This document shows, piece by piece, positions 49,280 to 61,686 of a DNA stretch of 64,000 bases. The translations under genes were made by a program, and so were the position numbers. Numbering within the stretch: position 1 is the first letter of the stretch; each line of letters starts with the position of its first letter. The notes under the pieces were generated by a model. That model had not been told where the DNA came from and ran no database searches. It saw nothing but the letters and a program-made list of their open reading frames with translations. Source of the stretch: Fimicolochytrium jonesii (taxonomy: Eukaryota); the NCBI RefSeq assembly GCF_025526975.1, contig NW_026515671.1:1302001-1366000 (forward strand), in the 5' to 3' direction.

Positions 49280-52200
49280 ATGGACCGTCGGCAGACACCA
49301 TACCGGTCGTCAGTACAGGGCAGCGTGCAGGAAGAACGAGCCTACTCAGACACCTTCCTCCCTCTTTCCAACAACTCGAGCGACTTTGTGCCCGCACATC
49401 GCAAAACGCAGTCCGTCGAGATCTTGACGGACTGGCTCAACGCTCGCCCCGACACCACAACACCACCTTCACCTACCGCTTCTCGCCCCTCATTAGCAAC
49501 CCCGACGCCGAAAGTCACGACGCTCAAACGAACCAACACCAACCGCTATAAGAACTCGCCATTACGCAACTACACATATTCACCGAAATCGATAGAGGAC
49601 CTGCGGGAGGCGTGGCGCCAGCATAATCCCTATAAGTTGAAGAGCGTCTCGCCGGATCGGAGGACGGATAACTCCTCTACTTCGCCAACATCGCCCGTTT
49701 TGGCTTTTGCCGCTGACCTGCCGCCATTACCAGCGTTGCCCGTTCCGGAGGATGGCTACGTGTCCGCAACTGATGGGTCGATGACGGATTTCACGGATGT
49801 TGATGCGGAGGAAGGCGCCGCGGTGAGATCGTCTACAATAGAGGTCGAATCGCCTCAGGATCCCGAGTCTCCGGCGCAGAGCAAAGGCGGGAATTCGGAG
49901 AATACGTCGTCCCCCACGTTGAGCATTAACGAGCTGATAGACGGGTATGACGCCATGCGAACATTGGGGAGAAATCCGGAATCTGCAGTGAAGAGAGCTG
50001 AGACCCAGCAGAGTCCGAAAGCAGCGGACGAAGATGTGTTTTACACGCCTATGGGCATTCCACCTGCGGCGGAGGGCTCATATTTCCCGGCACGACCTAC
50101 AGCTGGCGGCGCCTCGAATGCTGCACCTATCCCGCCGCCTAGGAATGGAAGCAAACACGCGGGTCCGAGTGATGCGAGAACATGGGAGGCTATCATCGAG
50201 CGACTGGAAGGATGGGTGTCGATGTTGGATGCCATGTCTGAGCGACATACTCGGACAAGTCAAAGCACGCCTACCCCTGCTCCGAACTCCTTGTCGGTCC
50301 GAACACATAAGGATGCGCCTTCAGGAAGTCAAAGCGTGCGGTCGCCAACCTCACCGCTACCGAGTGGAGCTCCGCGAAACAACTTCAAGTTCCAGGTAAC
50401 AGTGGGCGAGGACAATCGGATCCATATTGAGATCGACCCGACAGGTGCCGACATTGTCGCAACCTCGCCAACTGTGCAGGTCGCCAACATCCAGGGCCGT
50501 GAAGACGTGTCCTGGGAACACGACGCAACGAATCGCTCGACGCCCACCCCTTCTTCGAATCCTCGTGACCTCAGCTGGGATAGACACGGAAAAGAACGTT
50601 TCCCAACCACAGACTCGGCTGTATCAGGCGTCGGGTCGTTCGAAACCAGCACACCGGCGTCATCGCCTCGGAAGCTTACCACCCTCACCCTTCCATCATC
50701 GTCATCTCTTACTTACACAAGCGCGAAACAGCCTGGAATTTCATCCCCCGCGAAGACGGCCAGCGATCCTGGCTATATGTCTGCCAATTCTTCCCTATTG
50801 ACATTCGGCGATCTGGTGCCGGACATGTCGCATGTGATCGTGAACCCGGGGCAGCATCTCAAACAGGTCTCAGTGGTGCCAGGCTCGCCGATACGAAATT
50901 TGGATGAGGGTCACAAGGCTAGTATCGTGAATACCGCAACCCGTGCGCCAGCGGGTGGTGTAGCAGCAAATAGCGGGTCACGGGCGGGGCCATCCTCTCC
51001 CCTGGCGTCCTTGGCTGCAAAGATTTCATCGCTCGACAATGGTCAGGAATCGTCAACCTCTTACCACACGGCCGCTGAAAACCCATATCCCGAAGAAGAT
51101 TCGACTCCTAGTCCCTTTGACGAACCCTCTGGCCCACACAACGCCGTCTTTGAGTATGTCATCGACACCGGAAAACACAATGTTACCAAACACCTTGTAG
51201 CGGCAACGCCTGTCAAATTGGTCGAGTACCTCACCACGGATGCTCCCCCGGATTTCGTAGTAGATTTCTTTATCACTTACCGGGTCTTTATGAGCGCAAA
51301 GTCGCTGATGAGTCTGCTCCTGCAACGAGTGGTGTGGTGTCTCAGAGGCATGTGGAGCGGTTCGGGGACACAGGAAGGGAGACGGCGCCTCGTGCTGGTG
51401 AAAACGCTGATGCTGTTGGAATACTGGGTGGATTTGCAGTATGATGTTGATTTCGCACCGTCGCGGACGCTGAGGGCTTCGCTGAACACGTTCCTGAAGA
51501 CGAAGCTTGAATCGCATCCAAACCTTGCCAATGGGTCAACGAATCGACAGACGCGGTCGGATGCGGGTGAGGAGGAGAACGTGGCGGCACAAGTGCGTGC
51601 ATTGCAGGACCTTCTGGTTGTGAGGAAAGAGCAACGGCGCATGCGGAGCAGGAGCCGCGATCGTTTGAGGAGTCGAAGTAAACATCACAGGTCTGGCGCA
51701 CCTTCTCGCAGTTCCCACCGGCACAATCATTCAGACGATGAGACCCGGTCTGGCGGACACAGCGACACGTCGCACCGACGGAGGTGGCATGGGGATCAAA
51801 CGGAGCCCACGCTTTATGTCAACAGGATCAAGGGGAGTGATACGGGAAGTAATCGCAGCCCGCCGAATAATAGTGCAGAAAGCGTCATCTACGCGGCGGG
51901 CGGCAAGAGTTCGCCGGCTCCCTCTGTTGGAAGAATCGACTCACCCGACGCCCGATCGCAACCGTACATGTTCTTCCCGGAAGTTAGGCCGTCGGTGGAT
52001 ACCATCCGCTCCGGGGTATCATCGCAGGTCACGGCGGCGTCGTCTACCGTGCCGGGTCAACAAAGCCGGACATGGAAGTCATGGATCTTCCGAAAGCATG
52101 GACATCGGGCGACAATCCTAGATCCACCGCCATCGGAGGGCAGTCATCTTTCTCCGAAATCGTCGCAATTGTCGCTGCACATGGCAGGAAGTCGCTCGAA

Positions 52201-53947
52201 CACGCCTACGCCCTCTCTTCCCGACCCGCCGCACCCTGGCGCACAATCTATACATCGGTCTTTCCTTGTCGACTACCCGCCTCATGCTCTCGCTCAGCAT
52301 TTTACGCACATCGAGCAGCAGTACATCCTGCAGGTCGATTGGCCGCACCTTCTCCTCACGCAGAGCTGGAAAGTCAGATCCAGCGCGGGATTCAAGACTG
52401 TTCCGGACGTCTGGAGAGTGGTCGATAGGTTCAACGCGACATGCTGGTGGGTAGCCCGCGAGCTCAGCAAGTGTGAGGGAGGCGCGCAGGGAAAAGCGGC
52501 GATGCTGGAGCGGGTGGTGGAGATGGCGAGGATCGCGGCGCGGTGGAGGAATTGGTCTACGGGGCTAGCCTTTGTGTTGGCCGTGCAATCAGTGTGGCCG
52601 CTGCAGGGCGGCGAGGGACCAGGTGTCGATTCGTACAAATTCGCTTACGATACGTTGCCGTTGGGGATCCATGGCGGTAGCGGTGGTGGCAACAAGGCAC
52701 CGCCGACTGTTGCGAAGAAGGCCTCGTCTGCGAGCTTGGGACACGGTGGCGCATCGTCTAAGGAGGCTGGAAAGGACGGCGTTGTCAATGTATGGCATCA
52801 TGTTCCCGAGTCCACTCGCCAGGCCTTCACTAAGCTCCTCGAGTTTGCCGACCCCGCCCGGGCCAAATTCGCAAAGCTGAGGGAGGTGCAAGAGACGTGC
52901 GCTAAGGAGGTGGTTCTGGATTGGGATACTTGGTGGTCTGAGCGCCCTGATCGTCGGAAGGCGCGCGTCGACACCAAAGGCAAAAGACCCGCGGTGGGTG
53001 CGTCGTCAACCACAAAGCCTACACGGCGGATGAGACGAGCGGACATGTTATCTTGGACGAATCCGGATGCGGCTCACGAAGATGAAGACGAGCCACAGGA
53101 GAAGTCGCTGTGTGCTGTGCCTTTCTTCGGCCTCTTCCTCAGCGACCTAGCGTACGTTGATGAGGTCGGATGGTTTTTCGAGCCTTTCGTTGGCCCCGGC
53201 TCGTCATCCGAGTCGTCTGGGTCGGACCATCAACGTCACGGGCGCATCCAACAGCAACAGAAACAGAACAAGGACGCGTTCCTCACAGGCCCGCCACGCC
53301 ACCGTAGCAGTCGCTCGCGATCGAAGTCCCGGCCACGGACACCCCCGAACCAGACCGAGTCTGCCCCCGGGTTGTTGCCCGCTGTACCCCCGCTCTCTCC
53401 CTTGTTCAAACCGACAGACACAACGTTCTTGTCCTCCGTCGTCACTGCTGCCTCGCCTCCGAAATCAGAACGCAAGGACCCCGCGCTGCCTACGTCCGCA
53501 TCAGAAGCAGGAAGGTCGGTGCCGCTGGCGTCGTCTCACGTGGTTGCGACGACGACCCCCAGTCAGTCTTCATCACCTGCCACCGTCAAACAATCATCAC
53601 ACCCGCACCACTCACCCCAACGTCTCGTCAACCTCAAACGCGCCCGCCGCACCGCCGCCATCATCCGCAACTTCCGCTCCTTCCAGATGCCCGAACGGCG
53701 ATACCCGCTCCTAGACGACGACGACAGCGACGACGACGGTCTGGACTGTCATAATGATTACCACCATGATGATGGCGACGCGTATGGCGATCACCACCAT
53801 TATCGATACGAGTACTACAATTCCGATCTAGAGCCTCGGAAAGCGGCTGCTGCGCGACAGCGGACTGAGCAGGAGGTGGCGGCTACGCGGCGACGGAGGG
53901 CTGTTCTGGCGGAGGGCGTGAAGAGTCTGGGGGGATTGTTGGGGTGA
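49280..53947 (+). CDS. Large RasGEF (REM + CDC25 domain) protein, Lte1-like, intronless ORF
   Basis: REM: ATPVKLVEYL..DFVVDFFITYRVFMS..YWV. CDC25: LAQHFTHIEQ, FNATCWWVAREL, NWSTG, AVPFFGLFLSDL, LVNLKR. Confidence 0.85.
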   Translation: MDRRQTPYRSSVQGSVQEERAYSDTFLPLSNNSSDFVPAHRKTQSVEILTDWLNARPDTTTPPSPTASRPSLATPTPKVTTLKRTNTNRYKNSPLRNYTYSPKSIEDLREAWRQHNPYKLKSVSPDRRTDNSSTSPTSPVLAFAADLPPLPALPVPEDGYVSATDGSMTDFTDVDAEEGAAVRSSTIEVESPQDPESPAQSKGGNSENTSSPTLSINELIDGYDAMRTLGRNPESAVKRAETQQSPKAADEDVFYTPMGIPPAAEGSYFPARPTAGGASNAAPIPPPRNGSKHAGPSDARTWEAIIERLEGWVSMLDAMSERHTRTSQSTPTPAPNSLSVRTHKDAPSGSQSVRSPTSPLPSGAPRNNFKFQVTVGEDNRIHIEIDPTGADIVATSPTVQVANIQGREDVSWEHDATNRSTPTPSSNPRDLSWDRHGKERFPTTDSAVSGVGSFETSTPASSPRKLTTLTLPSSSSLTYTSAKQPGISSPAKTASDPGYMSANSSLLTFGDLVPDMSHVIVNPGQHLKQVSVVPGSPIRNLDEGHKASIVNTATRAPAGGVAANSGSRAGPSSPLASLAAKISSLDNGQESSTSYHTAAENPYPEEDSTPSPFDEPSGPHNAVFEYVIDTGKHNVTKHLVAATPVKLVEYLTTDAPPDFVVDFFITYRVFMSAKSLMSLLLQRVVWCLRGMWSGSGTQEGRRRLVLVKTLMLLEYWVDLQYDVDFAPSRTLRASLNTFLKTKLESHPNLANGSTNRQTRSDAGEEENVAAQVRALQDLLVVRKEQRRMRSRSRDRLRSRSKHHRSGAPSRSSHRHNHSDDETRSGGHSDTSHRRRWHGDQTEPTLYVNRIKGSDTGSNRSPPNNSAESVIYAAGGKSSPAPSVGRIDSPDARSQPYMFFPEVRPSVDTIRSGVSSQVTAASSTVPGQQSRTWKSWIFRKHGHRATILDPPPSEGSHLSPKSSQLSLHMAGSRSNTPTPSLPDPPHPGAQSIHRSFLVDYPPHALAQHFTHIEQQYILQVDWPHLLLTQSWKVRSSAGFKTVPDVWRVVDRFNATCWWVARELSKCEGGAQGKAAMLERVVEMARIAARWRNWSTGLAFVLAVQSVWPLQGGEGPGVDSYKFAYDTLPLGIHGGSGGGNKAPPTVAKKASSASLGHGGASSKEAGKDGVVNVWHHVPESTRQAFTKLLEFADPARAKFAKLREVQETCAKEVVLDWDTWWSERPDRRKARVDTKGKRPAVGASSTTKPTRRMRRADMLSWTNPDAAHEDEDEPQEKSLCAVPFFGLFLSDLAYVDEVGWFFEPFVGPGSSSESSGSDHQRHGRIQQQQKQNKDAFLTGPPRHRSSRSRSKSRPRTPPNQTESAPGLLPAVPPLSPLFKPTDTTFLSSVVTAASPPKSERKDPALPTSASEAGRSVPLASSHVVATTTPSQSSSPATVKQSSHPHHSPQRLVNLKRARRTAAIIRNFRSFQMPERRYPLLDDDDSDDDGLDCHNDYHHDDGDAYGDHHHYRYEYYNSDLEPRKAAAARQRTEQEVAATRRRRAVLAEGVKSLGGLLG

Positions 53948-54628
53948 GATGGAAATCGGGGGTCGAACACCTCACCTATTGCTATTCGGCGAACGCGAAA
54001 TTTTCTCTGCCTTGCCACGCTCCTCGGTCGTCCCATCTCGGAAGCCAGAAGAGACGGCGTGCTCGATGCGAGGGATCAATATTTCCCCTGCTCTTGCATC
54101 TTTTGCGTATCATATACGGGCTCACTGCCCGGGCTACTTTTTTTTTGGATGTGTCTTCAAATTCGGCGTTCTTCTCGTCCTGCGTCAATCCTTATTTCCG
54201 TACGTGTATAGTACCTGTAATATGTTTATCTGCGCCGTGTGCATGTAGTTACCACCGTAGTGTATCGTATAGTATTGGAGCGAATGAAAATCAAAGTTTG
54301 TAAGGGCCCCAGTACATGTATGTACAGTACATATTCGACTTAATGGCAATGCGCGGACAAAAGGAAAGATGGCATGGAAAAAATATCTCATTGATTCGAA
54401 ATAGCTGTTCTACGAAGATCTGATAAGACTATCGTAGCTGGCACATACGGTGTGGGTTGGATCTGAGTTGACTGTGCTAGCTGCAGTTGAGGGATCGCAA
54501 GAAGATGGGGGAGACGGCCAACGTGGCAGAGTGGGTAGGGAATACCGAAGTGTGCAAGTGCGCTCGACCTCCCGCGGGGCACTACCCAATGATTAGATGG
54601 GCCTCCAGCGCAGTTTGGAAGTATGGCC

Positions 54629-57314
54629 TTACACAGCCCAGGCCTGTTCAGTGCCCGTCAAACGGACCTGCTCTTCAGAACCCTGCCTCTTCACGATGGT
54701 TCCGATGTTGTACACCTCTTCGTTGGCCTGGTTCAGAAGTGTGGTGACTTCTGCGACGTTCTCGGGTGCGACGATGAGGATCATGCCGATTCCGCAGTTG
54801 AATGTGCGGGCGAGTTCCGCTGTGCACAGAAGGGAAGGACGTTAGATGGATTTATGATCACCAATGATCGGTTGGGTGACTATGTATGTTCTTTCAAAGA
54901 GTGCTACGTACCATCAGCGATATTGCCCGCCTTCTTCAACCACTTGAACATAGGCGGTAATGGCCACGTCTTTGCATCAATCTCCACACCCACCGAGTCC
55001 GGCAACGCTCGTGGAATGTTATCCGGGAACCCGCCCCCAGTGATATGCGCCATCGCCTTGATCAACTTCCGTCGAACGGCGGGGAGCAATTGCTTGACAT
55101 AGATCCGTGTGGGAGTGAGGAGGGCCTCGCCCAGCGTTTGGCCTGCTTGTGGGGGGGTGAACGGGCACGGGGTGGTGTAGTCGACTTTTGCGCGGGCAAC
55201 GACGTGGCGGACGAGGGAGAAGCCGTTAGAGTGCACACCGGAGGAGGCGAGGCCGAGGACGATGTCGCCTGGTTTGACGCTGTCGAAAACGGGGAGAACG
55301 TCGTTGCGCTCGACGGCGCCGACGACGAAGCCGGCGAGGTCGTAGTCGCCTGTTTCCCGGATCGGATGCGAGTGAGCTTCTGCAATATGAAATGGGTGAG
55401 GCATGTGGAGCCCACTACATTACGTACCGTGTTCGTAGATCCCAGGCATCTCAGCGGTTTCGCCACCGACCAAAGCACAGCCTGCCTCTTTGCACCCTGC
55501 CGCAATACCGGCAATGACATCCCGAGCGACGTTCACTTCGAGCTTGCTGCTTGCGTAGTAGTCGAGAAAGAAGAGCGGTTCTGCACCTTGTACAATGACA
55601 TCGTTGACGTTCATGGCGACCAAGTCGATACCTGCATAACGGTACATGTCAGCCAAATTCGCTATGTGACATCGTGGCTTTCGAGCGACATACCGATGGT
55701 GTCGTGCTTTCCAACACTCTGAGCAATCTTCAGCTTTGTGCCAACTCCGTCAGTGCCAGACACCAGGACTGGATCCGAGTACCCAGCAGCCTTCAAGTCA
55801 AACAAGCCTCCGAAGCCGCCGAGATCAGCATCCGCTCCGGACCTCTTGGTGGCCTTCACAAGCGGTTTGATCAGCTCTACCAGGTCGTTACCGGCATCAA
55901 TGTCCACACCAGCAGCGGCGTAGGTGGCACCACCTTCCGACTTCTGTGATGCGGAGGAGAGCGCGCGGTGGCCGATATCTTTGCGATACTGGGCACCGTC
56001 AAACTTGACCTTCTCGATGAGCGCGTACGCTTGTGATAGAGCTTGCTTCAGGTCGGCGGCGACACCTGTCACGGCAATGACGCGCCCGCCCGACGTTTTC
56101 AGTGTTCCATTGCTCGACTGTGTTCCGGCGTGGAACACTATTCCTTCGCTGGACCCTTGGTTGATTGTGATGGTGGCTCCCTTCTCGTAGGCGCCGGGGT
56201 ACCCTTTTGACGCAAGCACGACGGTGGCAGCTGACGCCTTCTTGAAGTTGATCTTTACAGAGTCCAGACGTCCTTCTGCCGCCGCGAGCATAATCTCGAA
56301 CAGATCGGACGAATCGTCTAGGAGAGGAAGGATGACCTGCGTCTCCGGGTCGCCAAACCGAGCATTGTACTCGAGGACTTTTGGGCCGTTAGGCGTCAAC
56401 ATGAACCCAGCATAAAGTACACCGATGAAAGGGTGACCATCACGCCTCATTCCATCGATAGTGGGCTGGAATACCGTTTTCTGCACCTGAGCAGCGAGTT
56501 CAGGCGTGAAGACGGGTGCTGGCGCATATGCTCCCATCCCACCAGTGTTGGGACCCTTATCGCCATCAAACGCGCGTTTGTGGTCCTGGGCGGCCGGCAT
56601 CGTCACAACGGTGTATCCGTCGGAGAACGTCAACACACTGACTTCCTCGCCCGTCAAGCGCTCCTCAATCACAACCTCTGCTCCGGCCTCGCCAAACACT
56701 CGGTCAATGAGAATCGTCTTCAACGCGTCCAAAGCCTCCTCTTTCGTTTCAGGCAGCAGAACTCCCTTGCCTGCGGCGAGGCCAGACGCTTTGATGACGA
56801 GGTTGTGCGGCTGGGATTCCACGTACGCTTTGGCGCGATTGAAGTCGGTGAACACCTCGTAGGCGGCGGTCGGGATGCTGTGCTTCTTCATGAAATCTTT
56901 CGAGAATGCTTTCGAGCCTTCCAGGCGAGCTGCTTCCTTCGAGGGCCCAAAGCATGGAATCCCGACCTTCTTGAAGGCGCCCTGAATGCCGTCGACCAGG
57001 GGCTGTTCTGGGCCTGGTACAACGAGTGCAACGTTGTTCTCCACGGCGAATTTGACGAGTTCTTCGAAAGTGGAGCCATAGGAGACGTTGACGTTTTTGA
57101 CTTTGCCGCCGGGGATAGTATCCGTGCCTCCGTTGCCTTTCAAATAGAGACAAGGCCTCAGCATGCCTTTTCAAGATTTTGTGACTGGTTGGGACGCTCT
57201 CTGGTGCATACCTGGGGCGACGAACACCGTCTTGACCTTCGGAGACTTCGCGAGAGACAAGGCGATGGCGTGCTCACGGCCGCCGGAGCCAACCAACAGC
57301 ACGGAAGCGGACAT
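54629..57314 (-). CDS. ADE5,7: Bifunctional phosphoribosylamine-glycine ligase / phosphoribosylformylglycinamidine cyclo-ligase (GARS-AIRS)
   Basis: [94 protein letters not shown]. Confidence 0.97.
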
Positions 57315-57557
57315 CTTGTAATGTCGATTCTGAGCGATGTGTGGGAATGCTGTTTTCCTGCACCCCGAGGTCTCTTTCCCAACTGTTGTTGCGCCTTTTT
57401 GTGAGATCAGATTGATGTGAAGCGATCCCCTTCCAAGCGCGTCTCGCCTGCGCATCTCACTTAGAGTCACGTGCGGGTTTATTTGGCGCATCTACACTAC
57501 GCCTACTAGGCCATGATACACTTCAATCCGATCAAGGTATAGTGAGTGATACTACAT

Positions 57558-59170
57558 CTACGCCGCCTGCATGCCTGCCTGCTCCTGCTGCTCCTTCCAC
57601 TGTTTTCCAACAAACCGCGCCGCCTCCCTCAGACTCGCCTTGACGGCGTACAGCGGCGGTACCCACGCCCGCACGCTCCACTGCTCAGGGAACACCCCGC
57701 TGGCTTGGGCGAGAGCATCGCAGAACGCCCACTGCTTGTCGTCGAGAACGTGAGTCGTCGTTGCGCGCCTGAAATCGTAGGTGGCCGTCGTTGGTAACGA
57801 TGATGCCGTTCCTATTGATTGCAATGCTGATTCGGCTGATGACGCTGAAGGATGCGCATAGTCAAACTTGCCGGCCAGCATGCGGGTCGCAGCGATCGCT
57901 TGCACCTCGAACAGCGGGAAAGGAGCCACCTTGCTAGGGGCGCCGAGAAATAAGATCCGTGGAGGTGATGGTGGTGGTGATGGGTCGTGCAGATCGCTGG
58001 GATGATCATGCGCGGCTTCTTCAGGCTTCCCTCCCACCATCCCACCTCGCTGTCCGTCGTATGCGGGCACTGGTTGTGACTCCGCATTGGCTTTCACATC
58101 CGCGTACGCCTGTGGATCTATCGTTGGTACCATGTGCCATTGCAGCGCAGGGAGTGCCCGGTGCCTCAAGAAGTCGTAGACAAACTCGTAACCCGTCGCG
58201 GCGAGCACTGTGTCCACATCCTCCGCGACGGAACCGTCCTCAAATCGTACGTGTCCTGTGACGGGATCGAAACGGGATATGCGCGAATGGAGGACGGGGG
58301 TATTGTACATACCGTCATGCCCTGCAGTCGGTGGAGGTGGGCAAGGAAAGGACCGATGAATCTGCTTTGCTACGGGCTCAAGTTCGGCACTGATGTCCCG
58401 TGCCGATGGCCCATCTCCAACGACCAAAACAGTTTGGCCTTTATATGGGTCCGGGTTCCGGTAGTAGATGGAGTGGATGACCCGTCTCCTCTTGTTCTCC
58501 CACTTCGGCAGGCCTTCCCAAGCCGGGGTCCGCGGGTGGTTGTAGTGACCCGCGCACACAAGGAGATAGTCGAAGAACTCTCCCTCCCCCTCTCCATCTG
58601 CATCTCCATTTCTTGTCCCAGAACACCCATTCTCCTCCCTACTCCTCACCCTCCATCCGCGGGGCTCCTCAACAAACCTCGCCTTTGTGACACGTGTCCC
58701 AAAGCGCACATACCGCAGCAGGTCGAAGCGCTCGGCATAATCCCGAATGTACTTCCTAACAACCTGATGCGGTGGGAAGAGTGGAATCTCGGTGTCTGGG
58801 AACGCGTGCGTGTAGAAGGCCATGATATGGTGGGGCAAGTTGGTTGTTAGAGAATCATAGATGGGTGAGGATGGGATGTTGCCGCTCGCTTCACCGGAAT
58901 GGGACGGCGGAACGGGAGGATGTGGGTCAGGGACCCTAAACAAAGCCAGTGAGTGAAAGAGTGGTTTAGCCGCCAGTGGTAGTGAGCGTGGGGAGATGAG
59001 TGGATTCCGAGGTGTTCCACGTACCAAACTCCGCCGACGTCAGTTTTTGCCTCGAATGCGACGACATCCCAGGAGCGAGTGTGAGGATAGTCTTTGAAGG
59101 CCTTGAGGGTGGCAAGGCCGCAAGGCCCTGCACCAACGATGCAGACTCTCGGGGCCGCTTGCAACGACAT
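57558..59170 (-). CDS. Flavin-containing monooxygenase (Fmo1-like)
   Basis: CIVGAGPCG, DVGGVW, SPIYDSLTTNLP, VCAGHY, IHSIYYRNP, VVGDGPSARD, LAATGY. Confidence 0.9.
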
Positions 59171-60053
59171 TGAAACAGAACGCTTACGCGGGGATGTTGA
59201 ATGAAGATGCCTCGTCGGTCTTGAGCGTCGCTTATCGCCAGTGGGCGTGTGGCTGTGCAACCGTTGGTCGGGAGTCGCGACAATCCGCTGTCAACCGTCC
59301 CGTCAATGCTGTCGTTTTGCTCAGTCTTGGCGGTCGGCGATCCTCCTTCGAGCACAGGCAGATGCTTGGCACATCGCCGAAAGTTCAAGGGTGTCCGTGT
59401 CTCCGTGTCTCGGCATCAACCTAACATCTTCAGGCATGTGAAAGACTCGGAATTCGGAGGGAAAGCTCCTTTCACTGTGGCAAAGTTGGATCGGCATCGT
59501 GAACTTCGACGTTGCGGGGATGGATGCAACGCACCACCTGAACCGTACTGTAGCCGCCCGCCGAAACGACCGCTCCACAGTCTTATGCGGCATCGCTGGT
59601 GGCTCGCAAACGCCGCATCTGGCACGCCCCGCATCGCTCAGCCTGCTCTTGACCGCATCAGGGACGCTGCGTAGATTTCTTGGTTTCTGCGTTTTTTCTC
59701 GGATTTCGGGTTGAAGATCCAGCTATGGCGCGATAGGGGGGAAGACTTTCTTTCCTTTTCGATGTCTCGGTAGAAGCGTGGCAGGAGAGTTGACGTCTTG
59801 GCAGGGTTCCTAATAGTCCTGCAGCTTCGTTGTCGAGTAGCTGGAGTCGTCTGCAAGGTGGAGAAGACAGTGTAGGGACCGTAGGCTAGGCGTCTACGAA
59901 CGTTGAGATGGGGATAGTACATCAAGCAGAATGACTTTAAAAAGAGGGCGGCGGCGTCCTTCCCCATGCGATCTCAAGCAACCCATCAAGCATCGGCGCA
60001 CACATACCTCCCTACTACCAACAAACCACGCAAAGTTCCGCCGACATTCAAAG

Positions 60054-61138
60054 ATGCCGCACGAAGTCCCCGCCAACTGCACTATCGAGACATGTCCCCA
60101 CGAAGCCGTCATCAACTACTTGCCCGTCCTATCTGGCAACATCTTGTATCTCATCTTCTTCGGCATTCTCCTGCTCGCCCATACGTTCATGGGCATCCGG
60201 TACCGCACGTGGACGTTCATGGTCGGAGTGGTGCTCGGGATTTTTGGGGAGATGGTGGGGTATGCCGGTCGGTTGATGATGCGAAATGATCCGTTCAACT
60301 TCAATACGGTGTTGATGTAAGTTTTCTGGTGGAGAGTAATATGTTCGGCCTGGACCTCGGTTTGATAGCATTTCACTGATGTGTGACATGATGTTTGCAA
60401 CACAGCTCCCTCATCCCACTCACGCTCGCCCCAGCACTCCTCTCCGCGTCGATCTACCTCACCCTCTCTCGCATCATCACCATCCGCGGCGCCCACCACT
60501 CCCGCCTTCGCCCGCCCACCTACACAGTTCTCTTCATCGCGTGCGATCTTACGGCCCTCATCCTGCAGTCCGCGGGGGGCGCGATGGCCTCGGGAAGTGA
60601 GTCCAACCCCGACCAGGGCAAAACGGGCCTGAATATCATGATGGCGGGTCTCGCTTTCCAGGTGGCGAGCTTGGCGCTGTTTTTGGGACTCTGGGCGGAG
60701 GTCGATTGGAGGGCTCGTCGCGGGGCTGATAAGCGGGTTGAAAGCGGGGATGCGGCGGATATGTTTGTCGGGATCAGAAATACGGCCGCATTCAGGCGGT
60801 TTGAGATCGGTGAGTGGTTGCATCCGTTTATCGCATTTGGTTGGGTATGCATCTTCTGACTTTGTTCATCAGCCCTTGCAATCTCCACCATCCTCATCTT
60901 CATCCGCTCCATCTACCGCGTCGCCGAGCTTGCCGGTGGCTTCGACAGCGAGCTAGCGAACAATGAGCCTCTATTTATGGTGCTAGAAGGAATGCTTATC
61001 ATTTTAGCAAGCGGCCTCCTGGCTATCTTCCATCCCGGCCCGGCGTTTGGTGGGTGCTGGTTAAGTGCGGCCACGGCTAGGAGGCCGGATAGTGCCGATA
61101 CTCTGGAGTTGGGCGGGACGACAAGAGTTATGGTGTAG
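60054..61138 (+). CDS. RTA1-family (7-TM lipid-translocating exporter-like) protein, 3 exons
   Basis: CTIETCP..YLP, GEMVGYAGR, LAPALLSASIYLTLSR, FIACDLTALILQSAGG, IMMAGLAFQV, IRSIYRVAELAGG..NNE. Confidence 0.92.
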
Positions 61139-61686
61139 GATGGACGTTGATTAGGACCGTTGGACTCCCTGTTTCTTTTTGAAGCGTCTGCTTTTGCTGG
61201 GACGATGTATATAAGGGACTCTTAATATCATGGCAATGATCCAAAGAAAAACGGATGCTGCCGTATATGCGACGTCTTTTGCAACATCAGAAACCCAAAT
61301 ACAAGCGTCACTCCGGAAGTGCGTGCGTGGCGGCTCGATGTGAATAAAGCTCTACTGGCAATTATTATACAATGTGCCGTTCACGGTCGAATGTGTATCT
61401 GCGTTGGAAGTCAAGCGGGTAGCCCCGAACTACGCCGAAAAAAGCGTTGCTCACTCAGCTATTGCTATGGATGGGATGGCCTACATACACTATGGAAGAA
61501 TTTCTTCTGCGCGACCGCCTCTCTGCGTTAAATGTGACCTTTTGGTGATGATGAGGTTACCGTTGATACTGTCGTCCTCCTCCGTCCTTAAGGTCTCGTG
61601 GCAGCCGGCACCTCCACTTTTCCGCTCGGAAGATTTGTGGACCGCAGTAAGGCGTTACTCTGAACCCGCGGCCAAACTGGTCATCA

